From Neocallimastix sp. 'constans' (taxonomy: Eukaryota), in contig JBODTK010000140.1 of NCBI GenBank assembly GCA_050613775.1, positions 186,001-250,000 of the forward strand: 64,000 nucleotides of DNA. The letters are read 5' to 3'. Shown here piece after piece: positions 1 to 40,500 of the stretch. Both the position numbers and the translations under genes were made by a program. Each line of letters starts with the position of its first letter. Position 1 is the first letter of the stretch. The notes below the pieces were generated by a model. It was not told the DNA's origin. It ran no database searches and saw only the letters and a list, made by a program, of their open reading frames with translations.

Positions 1-153
1 TTTTACCTAATTTTTATTTATATGAAAATTTAATCATCTACTATTTTTAAGATTAGATCATATATTTTTAAGCTTTAATATTTTACCTGTACCACCATCA
101 CCAACAAGAACAAGTTTAAAGGTTGGACCTTCTTGAGCTGGAGCTTGAGACAT
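1..153 (-). CDS. RAN: Ran/Gsp1 small GTPase, 5' part (exon 1 153-87, intron 86-7, exon 2 begins at 6 and runs out of the window)
   Basis: Minus strand reads MSQAPAQEGPTFKLVLVGDGGTG|K, the Ran N-terminus and P-loop (FKLVLVGDGGTGK). An 80-nt GT..AG intron splits the Gly codon and keeps the frame. Confidence 0.93.
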
Positions 154-707
154 TTTAACTATTAACTATAATTATTTTAAAAATTATTAAAATTAAATCT
201 TTCAACTAAAATTTTATTCTATCATTAATAAAGATCTTTTTAAAAATTATATTTATATTACCTATTATATTTTAATAATATTTTTGTGTGAAGAGAAAAA
301 AAAATTTTTTTTACTTATTTTTAAATATTTATTTTTTAATTTTTTTCATTAATCTGAATGTATTAATAATATAATGAATTATATATTATTATCCAATCTA
401 TTTAAAGTATATAAATTGATTTCTAATATTTTTATTTTAAAATTTAATTTTAATTGGCTTAGAACGCTCAAATTATATAATTCATTTTTATTTTAATTTA
501 TTTATATAATTTTAAAATTAATAAAGGAATATATACAAATATTAGTTATTATAAAAAGAAATTTTACAATTTATATTGTTATATATTGGAAATATAACTA
601 ATTTAAGTAAAAAAAAAAAAAAAAATAAAAAATAAAAAATAAAAAATATAAAAACTAAAACTAAAACTAACTAAAAATAAAAATAAAAATAAAAATAAAA
701 ATAAAAA

Positions 708-768
<61 letters not shown>

Positions 769-864
769 ATGAATAAAATAGAATAATAATATTAATAATT
801 TAAATTGTTTAATAATAATAAATAATTAAATATTAATATATAAATAAATATAAATATATAAGAT

Positions 865-900
<36 letters not shown>

Positions 901-918
901 AAATTAAAATAAGAAAAA

Positions 919-1617
919 ATGAGATATAATCAATTTAACCAGCCTATTGGTGATAGTTTAGAAAATTGTCAAGAGGGTTCCTGGCCAGATATTAAAACTT
1001 TAGAAGGAAAAACTGTAATTGTTGAAAAATTAAATATGAAACATTTTTCAGATATATATGAATTTTTTGGTTTAAGTTATCTTCAAAATTTCACTTATAT
1101 TCCTTTGGATCCATTTGAAAATTATGATTCTTTTGAAGATTTTTTTAAAGAAAAGATTGATTCAAAAGACCCATATTTTTTTGCCATTGTTGATAAAGCC
1201 TCAGGAAAAGCTGTTGGATTAATTTCTTTAATGAGTATTGATACAAAAAATCGTGCAATTGAAATGGGTTGGGTTGTTTATTCTAATAAGTTAAAGAAGA
1301 CTCGTCAGGCTACAGAAGCTCAATATCTTGTTATGCAATATGTATTTGAAACTCTAAAATATCGTCGTTATCAATGGAGATGTGATCATTTTAATTCTCC
1401 TTCACGAAATGCTGCTCTTCGTCTTGGATTTGTTTTTGAAGGCACTTTCAGAAATGCTATGATTTATAAAAATCGTACCCGTGATTCTGACTTTTTTTCT
1501 ATTACAGAAAATGAATGGGAAAAAAATAAAAAAAGGTTACAAACATGGTTATCTGATGAAAATTTTGATGAAAATGGTCAACAGAAACTAAGTTTAAGTC
1601 AAATTAAAAATATATAA
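919..1617 (+). CDS. GNAT family N-acetyltransferase (RimJ/RimL-like), intronless, 232 aa
   Basis: Complete single-exon ORF with motifs IEMGWVVYS, ATEAQYL, YRRYQWRCDHFNSPSRNAALRLGFVFEGTFR and RTRDSDFFSI, typical of the Acetyltransf_3 GNAT subfamily common in bacteria. Confidence 0.9.
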   Translation: MRYNQFNQPIGDSLENCQEGSWPDIKTLEGKTVIVEKLNMKHFSDIYEFFGLSYLQNFTYIPLDPFENYDSFEDFFKEKIDSKDPYFFAIVDKASGKAVGLISLMSIDTKNRAIEMGWVVYSNKLKKTRQATEAQYLVMQYVFETLKYRRYQWRCDHFNSPSRNAALRLGFVFEGTFRNAMIYKNRTRDSDFFSITENEWEKNKKRLQTWLSDENFDENGQQKLSLSQIKNI

Positions 1618-2132
1618 TAAATAAAATAATATATATTTTTATATACAGACTTTTCAGAATGTATTTTAAATATTGTTACAATAGTAGAATAAAAAAATTT
1701 ACATATAAAAAAATAATGACCATTTATTAGTTTCAATTTTAACTTAATTTCATATTTATTATATTTATTTATTAAAATAGATATCTATTTTTTATTAATA
1801 ATTTATAATTTATAATTTTTAATTTTTAACAATCAATTTTTTATTTTAATTATTAATATTTATTTTAATATTTTTTATTTTTTTATTATTAATTTTTTTT
1901 TAATTTATTTTATTTATTTATTTTTTTTTTTTATCATTAATTTTTTTTTTATTAATTTTAATTTTTAATTATATGAAATGTTAAATTAATCCTATATTTA
2001 CACAAATGTATATATTATTTATTATAATTTGATAATATTTTTCGTATTATTTTTAATAATAATTATTTATAAATATTCTTATTTTCTTTTTACTATTTGA
2101 TATAAATATTTTTATATAAATTAATTTTATAA

Positions 2133-5100
2133 TCAAATATTTTTTTCATTTGTTAAATAATCAATATCTGTTTCATCATTAACATCAAAGTAATAATATT
2201 TTGATAAAATTTTTATTAATGGATAATATTTCATCCACCAATTATGACTAGTTTTTCTTAAATCAATATTTGTTTCTTTAATTAATTCATTAACTGATGT
2301 AAACACAAGTTTATCGCCACGAATGCCTATTACATAAGCTTCTTTATCTACTTTTTCTTGAAGTTCATTTTTTTTTGTAACTTTATGATATTTTTTATAA
2401 CTAGATATTTTTTTATTTTCTTTTGTTTTTTTCTCTAGCCAATTAATACATTCAACAGCTTGTCTAACTGCTCTTATTCTATCTAATGGTGATGGAATAC
2501 CACCTTGCTGAAGATGTCCTAAAATTGCAGTTCTTGAATCAAACAAGCCATTTCCTTCTTCATTCAATATAGCTGATATAACCTTGGTTGAATACGTACT
2601 AGAATTAGTAAATTCATTTCTAATAATAATTCTTCCTTCATTTTTGGTACCTTTTAATTCGGCTTCTTTATATCTTCTAGTTAAATGTCTAATATCATTC
2701 TTTAATTTATTCAAAGAGATACCATTTTCTGGACCATATGTACATGTTACACCGCATGCAAGCCCACCCATTGTTGACAAATAACTATATTTTAATTGTA
2801 ATAATGTTATAATAAAAACATAAATAAAACAGAAAAAAAAAAAAAAAATGAATAAAAATAAAAATAAAAATAAAATACAATAAAAGGGAATTTAATATAA
2901 TATAAATAATCAATATATTAATTTATTTATAATATAATTCATAATATTATAATAAACGAATTTAATTTGATACATTACCCACAATTACCACCTTGAACTT
3001 CAACTATAAATACACGTTTTTGAGAAGCACTTGCAGAAAGTTTAATATTATCACATGATTGAACAATAGTATTTAAAGCTGTATCTGAACCAATTGAATA
3101 ATCTGTACCAGGAATATTATTTGAAACGGTTGCTGCAATTTGTACAATGGGTATACACAAGGATGGATAAATTGTTTTTGCTTCATAAAGAGTATACAAA
3201 CTACAATAGGCCTCGTAACCACCAATAATTAATAAACCCTGTATATTTTGTGATTGTAAATGATAGGCAATTAGACCGATATCAATTAATTCACTTGGGT
3301 CGATATTATATTTTTTATACAATTTTTTTGAATTTAAAACAGGTGTTGGCTGACTGCGATTTATACCTAATTTTGAACCACCAATAGTTGTCCAACCACT
3401 TACTTCTTGCCATGTTAGTGGTCTTACTTCGCCATTAACCAGACCTGAAAAACTATTAAAAATACCAACAGGTGTATGTCCTCTATTAAGACAAAGACGA
3501 ACTGCAGCTCTTGTGGCAGCATTCATACCACCGGCTGGTGAACCAACATGTATAATACCAATCCTTAAACGCTATATATGATTACAAATTATTAAATAAA
3601 TGAATAAATAAATAAATAAATGAATAAATAAATAAATAAATAAATAAATAATATATTAATAATTAAATTACATTTTCTTCATCTAATTTCTTAGCATCAC
3701 TTGAAAATAGAGTACTTTCCATATAAGCACTATATGAAGCTCTAAAATCCTGATCTCTTAGATTTAATACCTTTTCAAATTCTTTGTTTGCAATAGCTTC
3801 ACTAATCGACGTTGTCTATAAAACAATTTATTGAAAATAATATTAATTTTAATTTTTATAATAAATAATAATTTTCTCATTCAAAATTACAATTAAATTA
3901 TTGAAAATGATTTTGAACTAATTGTTGAATTACCAATTTAACAGATTCTGATAATGGAATTTTTGTAAGCATATTATTACGAATTCCAATTAAAATTGAC
4001 ATTGCTTCATTTTCTTTTGCATTTAATACTTCTTTTATTATTTCAGCAGCTTGAACAGTAGCCTAAAAATATATAAATTAACATATAAATATATAAATGT
4101 TTAAATAAATATCAATATGTATATATAAACTAGTATAATTTAAACGAAATTTATTTATATTTTTATTACTAAGAATCTATCATATGCACAAGGAATTCCT
4201 TCTCTTTGAATATGACCAAGAGTAGTAATTCTTGTATCAATATTCAAATTTTGTTCAATAACTTCTTTTATATATGTTGCAGTAATCGGATTTAAAGATT
4301 TATCGGTAGCACCTTCACTAACAACAATAATATTTTTTCTATTACCTTTTTCACGTTTCTTAATATAAATAAATAAATTAGTACTATTTATAATAAATAT
4401 ATTATATTCAAAATTGTAAATATAATTACAGTTTTTATAATTTCACACATTTCTTTTTCCCAAGTAATATCAATATCTTTTTGAAATGGAGGTGGACATT
4501 CTGGAATAAAGGTACAATCGGCCCCAACAGCAATAGCTGCCATTAGTGCAAGCCAACCACACCGTTTGCCAACAACTTTTATAATAAAACATCTTTGATG
4601 AGATGTAGCAGTAGACTCTAATGAATCAAGAGCTTCACATATTCTTTCTAAAGAAGTACATGTACCAAGAGTTAAATCTAATTTAATATTTATTATAAGT
4701 TATAAAAAAATAAATAAATTATTTATTAAAATTCTAAAATTACTAAATATAATATATATAATAATTAATAATAATTAATATATTATATTTATTATATATA
4801 ATACTCATATGAATAATATATATATATTTATATATTATTATATTTAGAATATTATAAACTAACCTGTCATTGCAATATCATTATCAATTGTTGCAGGAAG
4901 AGCAATAATAGATACAGAATATTTTGTGTCATCACTGAATGAACTCTTGATAGAATTGCTTTTAATTAGTTCATGTATTAAGTCATTCCATTCATTTTGA
5001 AGAATTTCAGCATATGAAAAACTTTCATTATCACCAATAATAATTAAATACTTGATTCCTTGTTCAAATAAATTTTTTGCAGCTTTTAATCTATTTTCAT

Positions 5101-6689
5101 GAGTTGATATATAGCTACAATCAGAAGAATCTAAAACCGTACCTCCCTAATTTAAATAATATTTTTATATTATTTAAATATTTGTTTTTTAAATTTATTA
5201 TTAATAATCATTATAATGTTTTTAATATTGCCTTACCAGCGTTAATAAATCACGAACATCTTCCCATCCTGCTTTTTTAATAGAATTTTCACCTTTTACT
5301 AAGCCTTCATAAAATGATTTAATAAAATAAAAAAATCAATATATTTAGAAATTATATATAATTTTTAAAAATACAAAAATAAATAACATATATAATAGTA
5401 AAATAATAATAGATTTCGTAATTATATAAAATTTACCTTTATAACCATTAAAAACAATATAAGGTGTAATTTTTTCAGTTAGACCACATCTAACAAGAGC
5501 ACGAATAGCTGCATTCATTCCTGAAGTTTCCTTGCCACTTGTCATAATTGCAATTTTTTTTTCTGGCTTTTCATTGATTAATCCTTTTTTCTTTGATTGT
5601 TCTGTGCTTTCATTTACATCTACTAGCTTATCATATTCTGATTTATCATGAAATTCTATTAAATTTAATAATGGATCATATGTATAAATTTGCTTATACA
5701 TTAAATCAGTTCCTAAAATTGGTGATTTTAATATTTTATGGGGTCGCTTCATCTCCTTAAATTTTTTTTCAATTTCCTAATGTCAATAATAGCAAAGTTT
5801 TAATGTAATATTATTTTTTATTTTTATTTTTTTAATATATTTAATAATAAAAAATTAATTTTAACATTATTAAATTTTTATATTTGTTAAAAATTAAAAT
5901 AAATAAAATCTTTGAAAATATTTTATTACATCTAATTTTGCAGAAAATGTCATATAAGCTTTTTCTAATGAAGTATGGTTTAATAAAAGCTTATGAAGCT
6001 TTTCATCTGATACTTGAGAGAAATCTGCAACTGCAAATTCTTTGTGTAAATTTTCAACAATACGCAATTTAGCTTTACCATTTTCATTTTCAAGAATTAG
6101 CCATGTTTCTTCATCAAATAAAGTATGCTCATCCTCACTATATTCAACTAAAGTTTTATTATAGTGATTATCTTCCCATGTTGTTGCTTCAAATTCATGT
6201 TTGTAATTGTATTTACTATGTAAATTTTCAATTTTAAAGCCTAAATTTACATAAAAATTAATAGTTAATTCGTATAATTGTTTGTTATTAACTACTAAAG
6301 TATAATGAGATGACCTTTCAATATTATTTTTAGCAATTGGAATATTCTGTTGTCATTTATATTATTTATTTTAAAATGAATTAGAATTCATTATATTTCA
6401 TAAATTACATTTATATAAAATATAATAATAATATTGATATTAAATACCTTCGGATCTGTATTAAATATTAATAATAAAAAAAATATAATAGATGATATTG
6501 AATATAAAATATCAATATATGATTTTATTAAAAAAAAATTTAATTAATATAATTAAATATCAATCTTAAAATATATTATTAATATTACTATTATAATAAA
6601 TTATTATCAGTTTTACCAATAACATTTATATTATCGTTATTACTGTTATTATCAATAATACTAATCCCGTTACTACCTTCACTTTCCAT
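2133..6689 (-). CDS. 6-phosphofructokinase homologue, fungal type (N-terminal glyoxalase-like domain + two PFK halves), about 1047 aa, degenerate ATP site
   Basis: Twelve phase-consistent GT-AG exons: 6689-6617, 6455-6448, 6346-5930, 5776-5437, 5304-5237, 5146-4864, 4677-4430, 4358-4170, 4062-3934, 3815-3672, 3571-2979, 2784-2133 (3144 nt, no internal stop). Motifs: FYVNLGF/ETWL/DPLLNLIEF (Pfk N-terminal domain), GMNAAIR, TIDND, GHIQR, HVGSPAGGMNAATR, ATVSNNIPGT, VEVQGGNCGYL, GHLQQGG. Confidence 0.93.
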
Positions 6690-9600
6690 TGATTAATTTT
6701 CTTTGTTATATTTATTTTCTTAAATGTAAGATAATAAAAATTCTGTAATATTCTCAATTAATTAAGAAAACTATATTTTAACTTTCTTTGTTATTATGAA
6801 CAGCAATAATATTCTTCCTTTATTTTTTATTTTTTTTTTTTTTTAAAAAAAGTACTTGTTTAAGATTTCAACAATTTTTTTCTTTTTTTATTTATTAGAA
6901 TATCTTTTATAATTTACTTTTATTATTTAGTATATTTTTCAGAAGTTATTAATTTAACGTATTATTTTTGCACTGCTATTATTTATTTCATTATTTTTTA
7001 ATTTCAATTTCTTTTGATAATTTAAAATCTCTACCTTTGGTTTTACTTAATCAGTACTTCTAAATATTTTAGAATTTTTTTTTTCTTCACTTTTGTATTT
7101 TTGTTAGTACTTTTACTATCCGGACCTACTATATTTAGAGTATTGTTTAATTTGAATAATTTGGTAGTATAATATTGTTTTCAATAATCATTAATACTTG
7201 ATAATATTAATTAATGAAATTCTATTTATTTTATTCTTATCAATCTATCTATATATATATATATTTAATTCTATTAAAATAGTTCGAGCTAAATATTGCT
7301 TTAAAAATCTTTATATAATTTTTTAATATAATAATCAAAATATAAAGCAAAAAATAGATATTTTTTATTAGTAATTATTAAATAGGATATTATATATAAT
7401 TAAATATAATTATTTAAATGCATAATATAATTGAATTGTGTGATTTTAATTTATATTTTATCTGGTGTATTTATATTTCATAAATTTATAATTATTCGAT
7501 TAGTAAAATTTCTAATATTACTAATATTAAATAATTAAAAAAAATGATAATTAAATTAATTATTATAAATTATTATTAATATTATTATTTTAAAAAAAAA
7601 AAAAAAATTTTTTCTGGGTATTTTGATTCTAATATATAAAATTTTTATATCAAAAAATAATATAACTCCGATTTTTAATTTTTATATATACACTGTTTTT
7701 ATTATTGCAGTTATAAAGAATAAAACATGTAAGTTTTTTATTTATGTGAATGCATCATAATTAATATTATAAAACTTAATAGTGTCTCATTTGTTATTAA
7801 AATTCATTAAATATATTGCTAAATCTGTATAATCTAAATTAAATTTAAATATTAAAAAAGGAAACTTGATTAATTTTTTTTTATTTAAAATCAATTTTTA
7901 TATATTTATTATTACAGATATTTTATATATTATAAATATTTTTAATTAGATATAAAATAATATATTTAGTTTTAATTAAAAATTTTTTATAAATAAAAAA
8001 TTTTAATTTAAAGGTATTAACACTCCAGAAATAAAGTTTAATAATATTATTATATAATTAAATAATTAATGATTCAGTATATATTTCATAATTATAATAT
8101 ATTTATTATCATAAAACACGTGTTAAATGAATTGATATGCGGGACTTTTATGTGTAATAATATATAAGCAGTGGGTTTTAAATAATGGTAGTTTAGTAAA
8201 TTTTATAATAATATTATAATATTTGTACAATTAAAATAATAATTCTAATTCCTAAAAATTTACAAGAGAGTTCTCTATTTCTAATATAAATAATCTAATC
8301 TATTTATAAGAAATAGGTATTATATTAATTATATATTCTAATATATAGAACTATATTAATTTTATATGAATTAAAGTATTATAATTATTATAATTATAAT
8401 AATACATATTGAAATAAAATAAAATAAAATAATTATTATCAAAAAGATATAAATTTAATATTTAATAATTATTATTAAATATACAAATATGTTACTACAC
8501 ATATTTGTTTTATATCAGAATTTTTTCAAATTAAAATAATAATAATAATAATAATAAAGTATAATTGAAATTGATCTTGTAATATTCCTTGGCATATTAT
8601 TTATTAATGACAGATGCTGGCTTAACAATATTATTATATCTCTATCGATTTACGGGAAAGAAAGCTAGGGGGTTTATGATTTATTTTTTAAAATGAATAT
8701 TAATTTATTTAAAATTATTAATATTAGACATTTTATTTTTTTTTTATGAAAATTTTTATTTATTAAATAGTTTTTATTTACAATTATTCAATTATTTAAA
8801 TAAAATTGATAATTTTGTTTTAAAAGATAGCATAAATAAGTAAATAAGCAAATAAGTAAATAAAAGAAAAAATAAACGTAAGAAATAATATATTTTATTA
8901 AGAGTACTGAGAAAATTAAAAATTTTAATAAACATTTTTTTTATTCATAAAATTACTCTTTTTAAAGTTCAGTTCTCTTAAAAAAAATTTTTTGATCTTA
9001 TGGAAATTAAGTGAATAATTTCATAGTTAACTATTAAGTAAATTAATGAAAGAATACATATTCAATTTACCAAATAATACGAAGTTTCCTAAAATTGGTT
9101 AAACTTTATTGAAAATTTAAATTGTGTAATTTAAAGAAAAATTCAATAAACAATATTTCTTTTAAAAAATAAAAATAATTTTTACCTTAATGGAAAGTTG
9201 AAACGAAATAAGAGTTAGAATTAGAATACTTAAAAATTTAATATTTATTCTTTAGAAAAAAAAATAATTTATATATACTCAGAAAAATTATAATTTATGT
9301 ATATATTTATTTATTTTATTACTTTTTTTAATTGAATATAAAAATTATTGTAGGTTGAAATTTTAGAGTTTTTTAATTAATTGATATTTTCAAGATGACC
9401 TATATCAATTAAATAAATAAATAAATATAAAATGAGATAATGATATTATAATAATAATTAAAATATAAACTATTAGTTAATTCATAACAATTATAAACAA
9501 TACTTTATATATTATTTATTTAATTTAATTTTTAGCTAGTTCGTTCGTTTGTTAATTATTTAGTTACTTGGTTATTTCATTATTTAATTACTCTTTTTAT

Positions 9601-9975
9601 TTATTTATTTATTTATTTATTATCTTGTTTATATACTTATTTATTAGTTTATTTATTCATTAATTAATTACATTTTTTATATTGATAATAATAATTAAAA
9701 AAATTAAAAAAATTATTATTTAATATCATAAAAGTTAAATATCAATTTTTATATATAAAACAAAATAAATTATTATAAAGATAAATATATATTCATTATT
9801 AATTGTTAATATAATTGTTTAAATTTTTATTAAAATTATAAAAATTGTATGTTATCACTAAAATATCAATATTAACATAGTGAAATGTGATATACATGTC
9901 CAATAATATTTTTATTCCTATTTAAGACAATTTTTTTACTAATTTAAAATTATACCTGCATTTTGTATTTTCAAA

Positions 9976-10027
<52 letters not shown>

Positions 10028-10483
10028 TTTTAAATTGTAATTTTTTTAAAAAAGTATAATTATTATTTTTATATTTTTTATAAAGACATAAATTTAAAAA
10101 ATAAGAATGAATTATGGATACATTATTAAATATGAACTTTTTTTAATAAATACTAATTTAATATATATAAATTATATTTATATAATGTTATATTAAAACA
10201 GGTTATTAATAGCACAAATAATTTATGTTGAAAAAATTTTTAAATTATATGTAATAAAAAAAAAGATATTTTTATTAATTTATAATATTTTAAATTTTAT
10301 TTATAATTAAAAATTTATAAAGATGATGATATATAATAAAAATAAAATTTAATATTTATTAATAATTAAATATTAATATTTCTACTATGAAAAAAATTAA
10401 TAAAAACTGTTTTATTAAGAAAAGAAGTTATTTACTTAATTTTTAAATATATTTGGACTTTTATGATAATTTAGAATCAAGAT

Positions 10484-17680
<7,197 letters not shown>

Positions 17681-18239
17681 TGGATGAACAAATAAATAAA
17701 TAATCAAAATAAATAATATTAATAAATTTATAAATAAAAACAAATAATTAAATAATTTAAATAAAATAATAAAAAAAAATTTTTTTTAAAACTTTAATAA
17801 TATACTATTAATTATAAATAAAAGTTAAAACTTTAATAATTGTAATTAATTATTTAGTATCTATTATTGTTTTTAATTTGTTCTTATTCAATGCATAATA
17901 AAATTTTTACATATAAATATATTTTGTGTATTATATATATATATTGCTATATAAAATTTAAGCAACATTCTATGCCCTTTTTATAGTTTAATTCTTCATG
18001 TATAATTTATTTTTATAAATTTAATAATTATATATAATTCTACCGTATATCATTTTTATATACCTTAGAGTTCATAATCTTAGGTTCAATCTTAATATTT
18101 AATTTCTTATTTGATTTTTATTTGAATAACTATTTGAATTAAAGCAAGAAAATAAAATAATATCTTTGCTTAATTGACTATTATTTATATTATATAATAT
18201 AATAACATTTCGATTAGTTTATAAAATATCTTGCTAATA

Positions 18240-18386
18240 CAATATCAATCATCAGTAACTCTCTTGAGTTGCTTTTTGAGAGGTTTAGCAAAAATACTTT
18301 CAATCGTTCCGAACACAGAACTTATATTAAGTAATTCAACTTTTGATGACCTTTCTTGTGATTCAGGGGAGAGTTTAGTTGATACC
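18240..18386 (+). mobile_element. Short LINE ORF2 3'-end fragment
   Basis: GC-richer island translating QSSVTLLSCFLRGLAKILS...DSGESLVDT, similar to VGLAEFLTS...DESEESLVDT of the LINE at 47.1-47.3 kb and QSSTSSIVPFFVGIAEFLT at 62.9 kb. Confidence 0.65.
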
Positions 18387-18495
18387 AAACAAAACAAAAC
18401 AAAACAAAACAAAACAAAATAAAATAAAATAAAACAAAACAAAACAAAACAAAACAAAACAAAACAAAACAAAACAAAACAAAACAAAACAAAAT
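18386..18495 (+). repeat. (AAAAC)n/(AAAAT)n microsatellite
   Basis: Direct inspection; it abuts the LINE fragment. Confidence 0.95.
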
Positions 18496-19676
18496 AACAT
18501 AAAATAAAATAAATAGTAGAATATTAAATATAAAGTACAGATTGAATAAAATAAAATAAATAGTAGAATAATAAATATAAAGTATATACTTTATATTTAT
18601 TATTGAATAAAATAAAATAAAATAAAATAAATAATAGAATATGAATATAAAGTACAGATTGAATAAAATAAAATAAAATAAATAATAAAGTAATATAAAT
18701 ATGAATAAAGTTTTAATAAAAATAAAATAAAAAATAATAAAATATGGATAAAAAGTAGAGATGAATAAAATAAAATAAATAGTCAAGTACTATAAAACAT
18801 TAAACTATTAATAAAAATAAAATAAATTTTATTTATTTATTTATTTTATTTTTCTAAATAATATTCTATTTATTAAATTAAATTACTTAAATAAGTTTTT
18901 ATTTCGTTTTTGATTTCTATTATTATTATTTTAATAATATTTCTTATTGTTCTTGTTCTTTTCATTATTTATTTATTTCACTATCTTGATTATTTTCTTC
19001 GATTTTTTTCATAAATTATTTATTATTATTATTATTTTTTTTTAATACTAATTGCTTAATTTTTGATGAAAATATTTGGTTGTTCTATATTATTAATGTT
19101 AAAATTTAGTAGATTTTTTTCATAATATTTCCTTTTTATTTATATTATTTTTTTATTTTTATTAATACATTAAACAATATTAAATTTTTTTTTTTGATAA
19201 TATTCTTCAAATGCTTAGAATCGTTTCATTAATTAATAGCTATTATCATTATCATATGAAAAATTATTTATCATTTCTTTCGAGAATTAAATCTATGTTT
19301 AATTTTATATTGTTTGTATATACTTTTATTTTTATAATTTAGTTATTAATAATTTATTTTATAAGAAGTTTTAATTGCTTTGATAAAGAAAATAATAAAT
19401 ATTTAATATATTTTCCAAATTGTATTTATACTTTTGAATAAAATTTATTATTATTCAAATATGTGAATAAAAATATATTAAATAAAATTTAAAAAAAATT
19501 ATATTAAGAATTTTAAAATTTAAATTTTTAATCAAAAAAAAAAAAAAAAAAAAAACATTTTTTAGTTTTTTTTCGTTTTTCATAATTTTATTATTATTTT
19601 TTTTTTTAAAGAAAGTCAAAATTAAAGTAAATAAATTTGAATTACATGAGTATGAATTTTTTTAACAATAAAGGAG

Positions 19677-31450
<11,774 letters not shown>

Positions 31451-31468
31451 ATAATTTAAATTTATAAA

Positions 31469-31505
<37 letters not shown>

Positions 31506-31906
31506 TCACGATATTACCCTACAGTAATAAATATATACCCAATTTATAAGTTTTAATAAAAAATATTGTAATAAATTAAAAAGTTTAAATCATTAAATTT
31601 TATATATTTTTAAATTTTTATTAATGAAATTATTCTTTTTTAAATAGTTTTATTTATTTTTTTATAAAGATATTGAAATGTACTATAATTAATGATAAAT
31701 AATATATTAAAAATAATTAGATAAAATAAAATATGAAAAACGTAATATTTTTAAATAAATAAATTTTGATATATAAGTATATATATTTATAAAATAAAAA
31801 ATATAGATATATTAATATATGTATATGTTTTCTATATGTTTCAGATAATTTTAAGTTGATTTATAATTGTAAATTGTTAGACAATTTGTATTAATCTTTT
31901 ACTATA

Positions 31907-31950
<44 letters not shown>

Positions 31951-31980
31951 ATAAATTAATTATGAAATAATAATAATTAT

Positions 31981-39455
<7,475 letters not shown>

Positions 39456-39625
39456 TTATATATATTGATTTTAATATATTGCTTAATAATTATAATTTTA
39501 AAGAAAAAAAATATTTAATAAAATAATATCATATTTTAATAAATTTTTTTATTTTATGTATTGATTAATTTGTATATTCAATCCTTAAATAATATTTTAT
39601 TATAAAACAATACATGCAATTACAC

Positions 39626-39665
<40 letters not shown>

Positions 39666-40230
39666 AAATAATATATAATTAAAAGAAAATTTTATTATAT
39701 ATGAAAGAATAAAAGAAGAATATTATTCTTTTTAATGAATAATATATTAATAAAGTTTTTTTAGTTAGGGAAAATAAATTTAAGATTTTTAATATATTTA
39801 TTAACATATTAATTATTACTTAATAATACATTTATTACTTTTATTTATTTAATAAACTTTAAATGTTTTTTTCCTTCTATTATTATTAATATAATAATTA
39901 AAAAGGTGTACTTTTTAATTAATAAGAAATTTTAATTATAAATGAAATACCTTATTACTTTTAGAAATTATAAATTATTTTAATAAAATATATTTAATAT
40001 ATTTTAACAAAAATTATTAATCTTTTCTTCAAAGTGTTTATAAATTATAATTTTAATACAAATAATAATAATCACTTTACATTAGTATAAAAAGTATTAA
40101 TGTATATTATTTATTCTTTAATAAATATTTTATTATTAATAGAACTAATAAAAGTAATGTTAAATATACTAAAAACTCTTTATATATATAGTTAATAAAT
40201 ATTTTTATTTTATATTTTTTTTAACATAAA

Positions 40231-40500
40231 ATATTATATTATATTATATTATATTATATTATATTATATTATATTATATTATATTATATTATATTATATT
40301 ATATTATATTATATTATATTATATTATATTATATTATATTATATTATATTATATTATATTATATTATATTATATTATATTATATTATATTATATTATATT
40401 ATATTATATTATATTATATTATATTATATTATATTATATTATATTATATTATATTATATTATATTATATTATATTATATTATATTATATTATATTATATT
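40231..40500. repeat. (ATATT)n microsatellite, about 54 units
   Basis: Direct inspection. Confidence 0.97.

Noticed and set aside
919..1617. Bacterial contamination
   Set aside because: Contiguous with intron-containing genes, host-like AT-rich codons and microsatellite-rich flanks.
4864..5146. PPi-dependent PFK interpretation of the altered GGDGS motif
   Set aside because: PPi-PFKs need GGDD and PKTIDND; this gene has GDNES and PATIDND.
8117..8122. CACGTG E-box upstream of the PFK gene
   Set aside because: A single hexamer 1.4 kb from the ATG with no supporting evidence.
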